Below, one piece after another: positions 62,756 through 64,000 of a stretch of 64,000 nucleotides of DNA. Where the stretch lies: the NCBI GenBank assembly GCA_031414775.1, contig JANOQI010000016.1, positions 32,001 through 96,000 of the forward strand, written 5' to 3'. This DNA is from Synechococcales cyanobacterium VAR_4_metabat_354. GTDB lineage: Bacteria; Cyanobacteriota; Cyanobacteriia; Cyanobacteriales; Chamaesiphonaceae. The notes below the pieces were generated by a model that saw only the letters and a program-made list of their open reading frames with translations, had not been told where the DNA came from and ran no database searches. The position numbers and the translations under genes were made by a program. Position 1 is the first letter of the stretch, and every line of letters starts with the position of its first letter.

Positions 62756-64000
62756 TTAGGAATTTTTGACACCGATGCCAATATATTGAAAACCAGCGTT
62801 GGTCAGCTCTACTGAGCACAAAAAATTACGACAATCGATCATGAAAGGCGATCGCATTTTTTTCGCCAGCTGGGCATAATCTAGTTGTTGGAACTCCGAC
62901 CATTCAGTCATTAAGACTAGCGCATCACTGCCAGCTACTAACAATTCAGGACTAGTCACCAGCTCCACACCTTGCAAACCGGCATGTTCTTCCACTTCGA
63001 TCGGATCATAAGCACGCACTTTAGCACCCAGATTGATCAGTGTCCGAATAATATCCAGGGAGGCAGCATCCCGCAAATCGCTGGTATCCGGCTTAAAGGT
63101 CAAGCCTAATAAACCAATTGTTTTACCTTTGAGAATTTTCAAAGATTTTTGCAGCTTTTCAATTACCAAAGCTCGTTGTTGCTTATTCACACTGACAGTC
63201 GCTTTTAGTAACTGAGCGTCATAACCATAGTCTGCCCCAGTCTGGATCAAGGCAGATAGATCTTTAGGAAAACAGGAGCCGCCCCAACCAATTCCCGCAT
63301 TCAAGAATTTATTGCCAATTCGGGAGTCTAAGCCGATTCCTTTAGAAACTTGGGTGACATCAGCACCGACTCGTTCACAGATATTAGCGATCTCGTTAAT
63401 AAAACTGATCTTGGTAGCTAAGAAAGCATTAGCCGCATATTTAATCATTTCGGCGGAACTGAGGTCGGTAGTCAACACAGGCACTGGTTTCTTTTCTTCA
63501 GCAAATTGCCGATCAATGATCGGAGCATAAAGCTTGAGCATTAGATCGATCGCCGCTTGGTTGTCACTACCCAACACAATCCGATCAGGGTTGAGAGTAT
63601 CATAAATTGCCGAGCCTTCGCGCAAGAATTCAGGATTACTCACCACATCAAACTTAACCCCTGAACTTGGTGGTGTTTTTTGTTCAGCCACGCCATCCAT
63701 CACCAGCATTTTCACCCAATCGCCAGATCCGATCGGCACCGTAGACTTATTCACGATTACTTTATAATCACCATTCAGGTGCTGACCAATACCTCTAGCT
63801 ACGGCTTCTACATATTCAGTGTTAGTCGAACCATTCGGTAAAGAAGGCGTGCCCACCGCAATAAATACGATTTCACCATGGTTCATCCCCATCGCTAAAT
63901 CAGTGGTGAATTTGAGACGACCAGCAGCGATCGCCGACTGCATAATTTCCGATAAACCCGGCTCATAAATTGGCGATTTACCCGCTTGCATCATTTCAAT
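62756..64000 (-). CDS. ugd: UDP-glucose 6-dehydrogenase (5' end lies beyond the window)
   Basis: FIAVGTP, NKSTVPIG, SNPEFLREG, GWGGSCFPKD, GLTFKPDT. Confidence 0.93.
   Translation of the reverse strand: MEMMQAGKSPIYEPGLSEIMQSAIAAGRLKFTTDLAMGMNHGEIVFIAVGTPSLPNGSTNTEYVEAVARGIGQHLNGDYKVIVNKSTVPIGSGDWVKMLVMDGVAEQKTPPSSGVKFDVVSNPEFLREGSAIYDTLNPDRIVLGSDNQAAIDLMLKLYAPIIDRQFAEEKKPVPVLTTDLSSAEMIKYAANAFLATKISFINEIANICERVGADVTQVSKGIGLDSRIGNKFLNAGIGWGGSCFPKDLSALIQTGADYGYDAQLLKATVSVNKQQRALVIEKLQKSLKILKGKTIGLLGLTFKPDTSDLRDAASLDIIRTLINLGAKVRAYDPIEVEEHAGLQGVELVTSPELLVAGSDALVLMTEWSEFQQLDYAQLAKKMRSPFMIDCRNFLCSVELTNAGFQYIGIGVKNS

Overview
Cyanobacterial chromosome segment, judged from the split rpoC1/rpoC2, phycobiliprotein lyases, nblB, Tic22 and abundant CGATCG/GCGATCGC HIP1-type sites. 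Most of it is housekeeping: murA, serS, topA, rpsT-tatD-rpoB-rpoC1-rpoC2, cysK, tRNA-Met, nnr, prmC, dnaE, ispE, rsmA and a partial ugd. Four things stand out. (1) An AT-rich three-gene glycosyltransferase cassette (GT7-like, GT11 alpha-1,2-fucosyltransferase, NXN-type GT6) with the enzyme logic of an ABO(H) blood-group-like glycan, sitting beside two scrambled, partly duplicated GT4 remnants. (2) A contiguous, unsplit dnaE whose classic cyanobacterial split-intein site (FAEY|CFNK) is empty, but which carries a 400-aa LAGLIDADG intein at a different site. (3) A YefM antitoxin followed by a truncated YoeB-like stub, a retropepsin-like protease fusion and a REP-like repeat cluster. (4) A ~2070-aa Ser/Thr kinase-AAA-GAF-PAS-His kinase-receiver hybrid containing a perfect hexamer microsatellite. 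All calls come from motif recognition by eye; no database searches were run.
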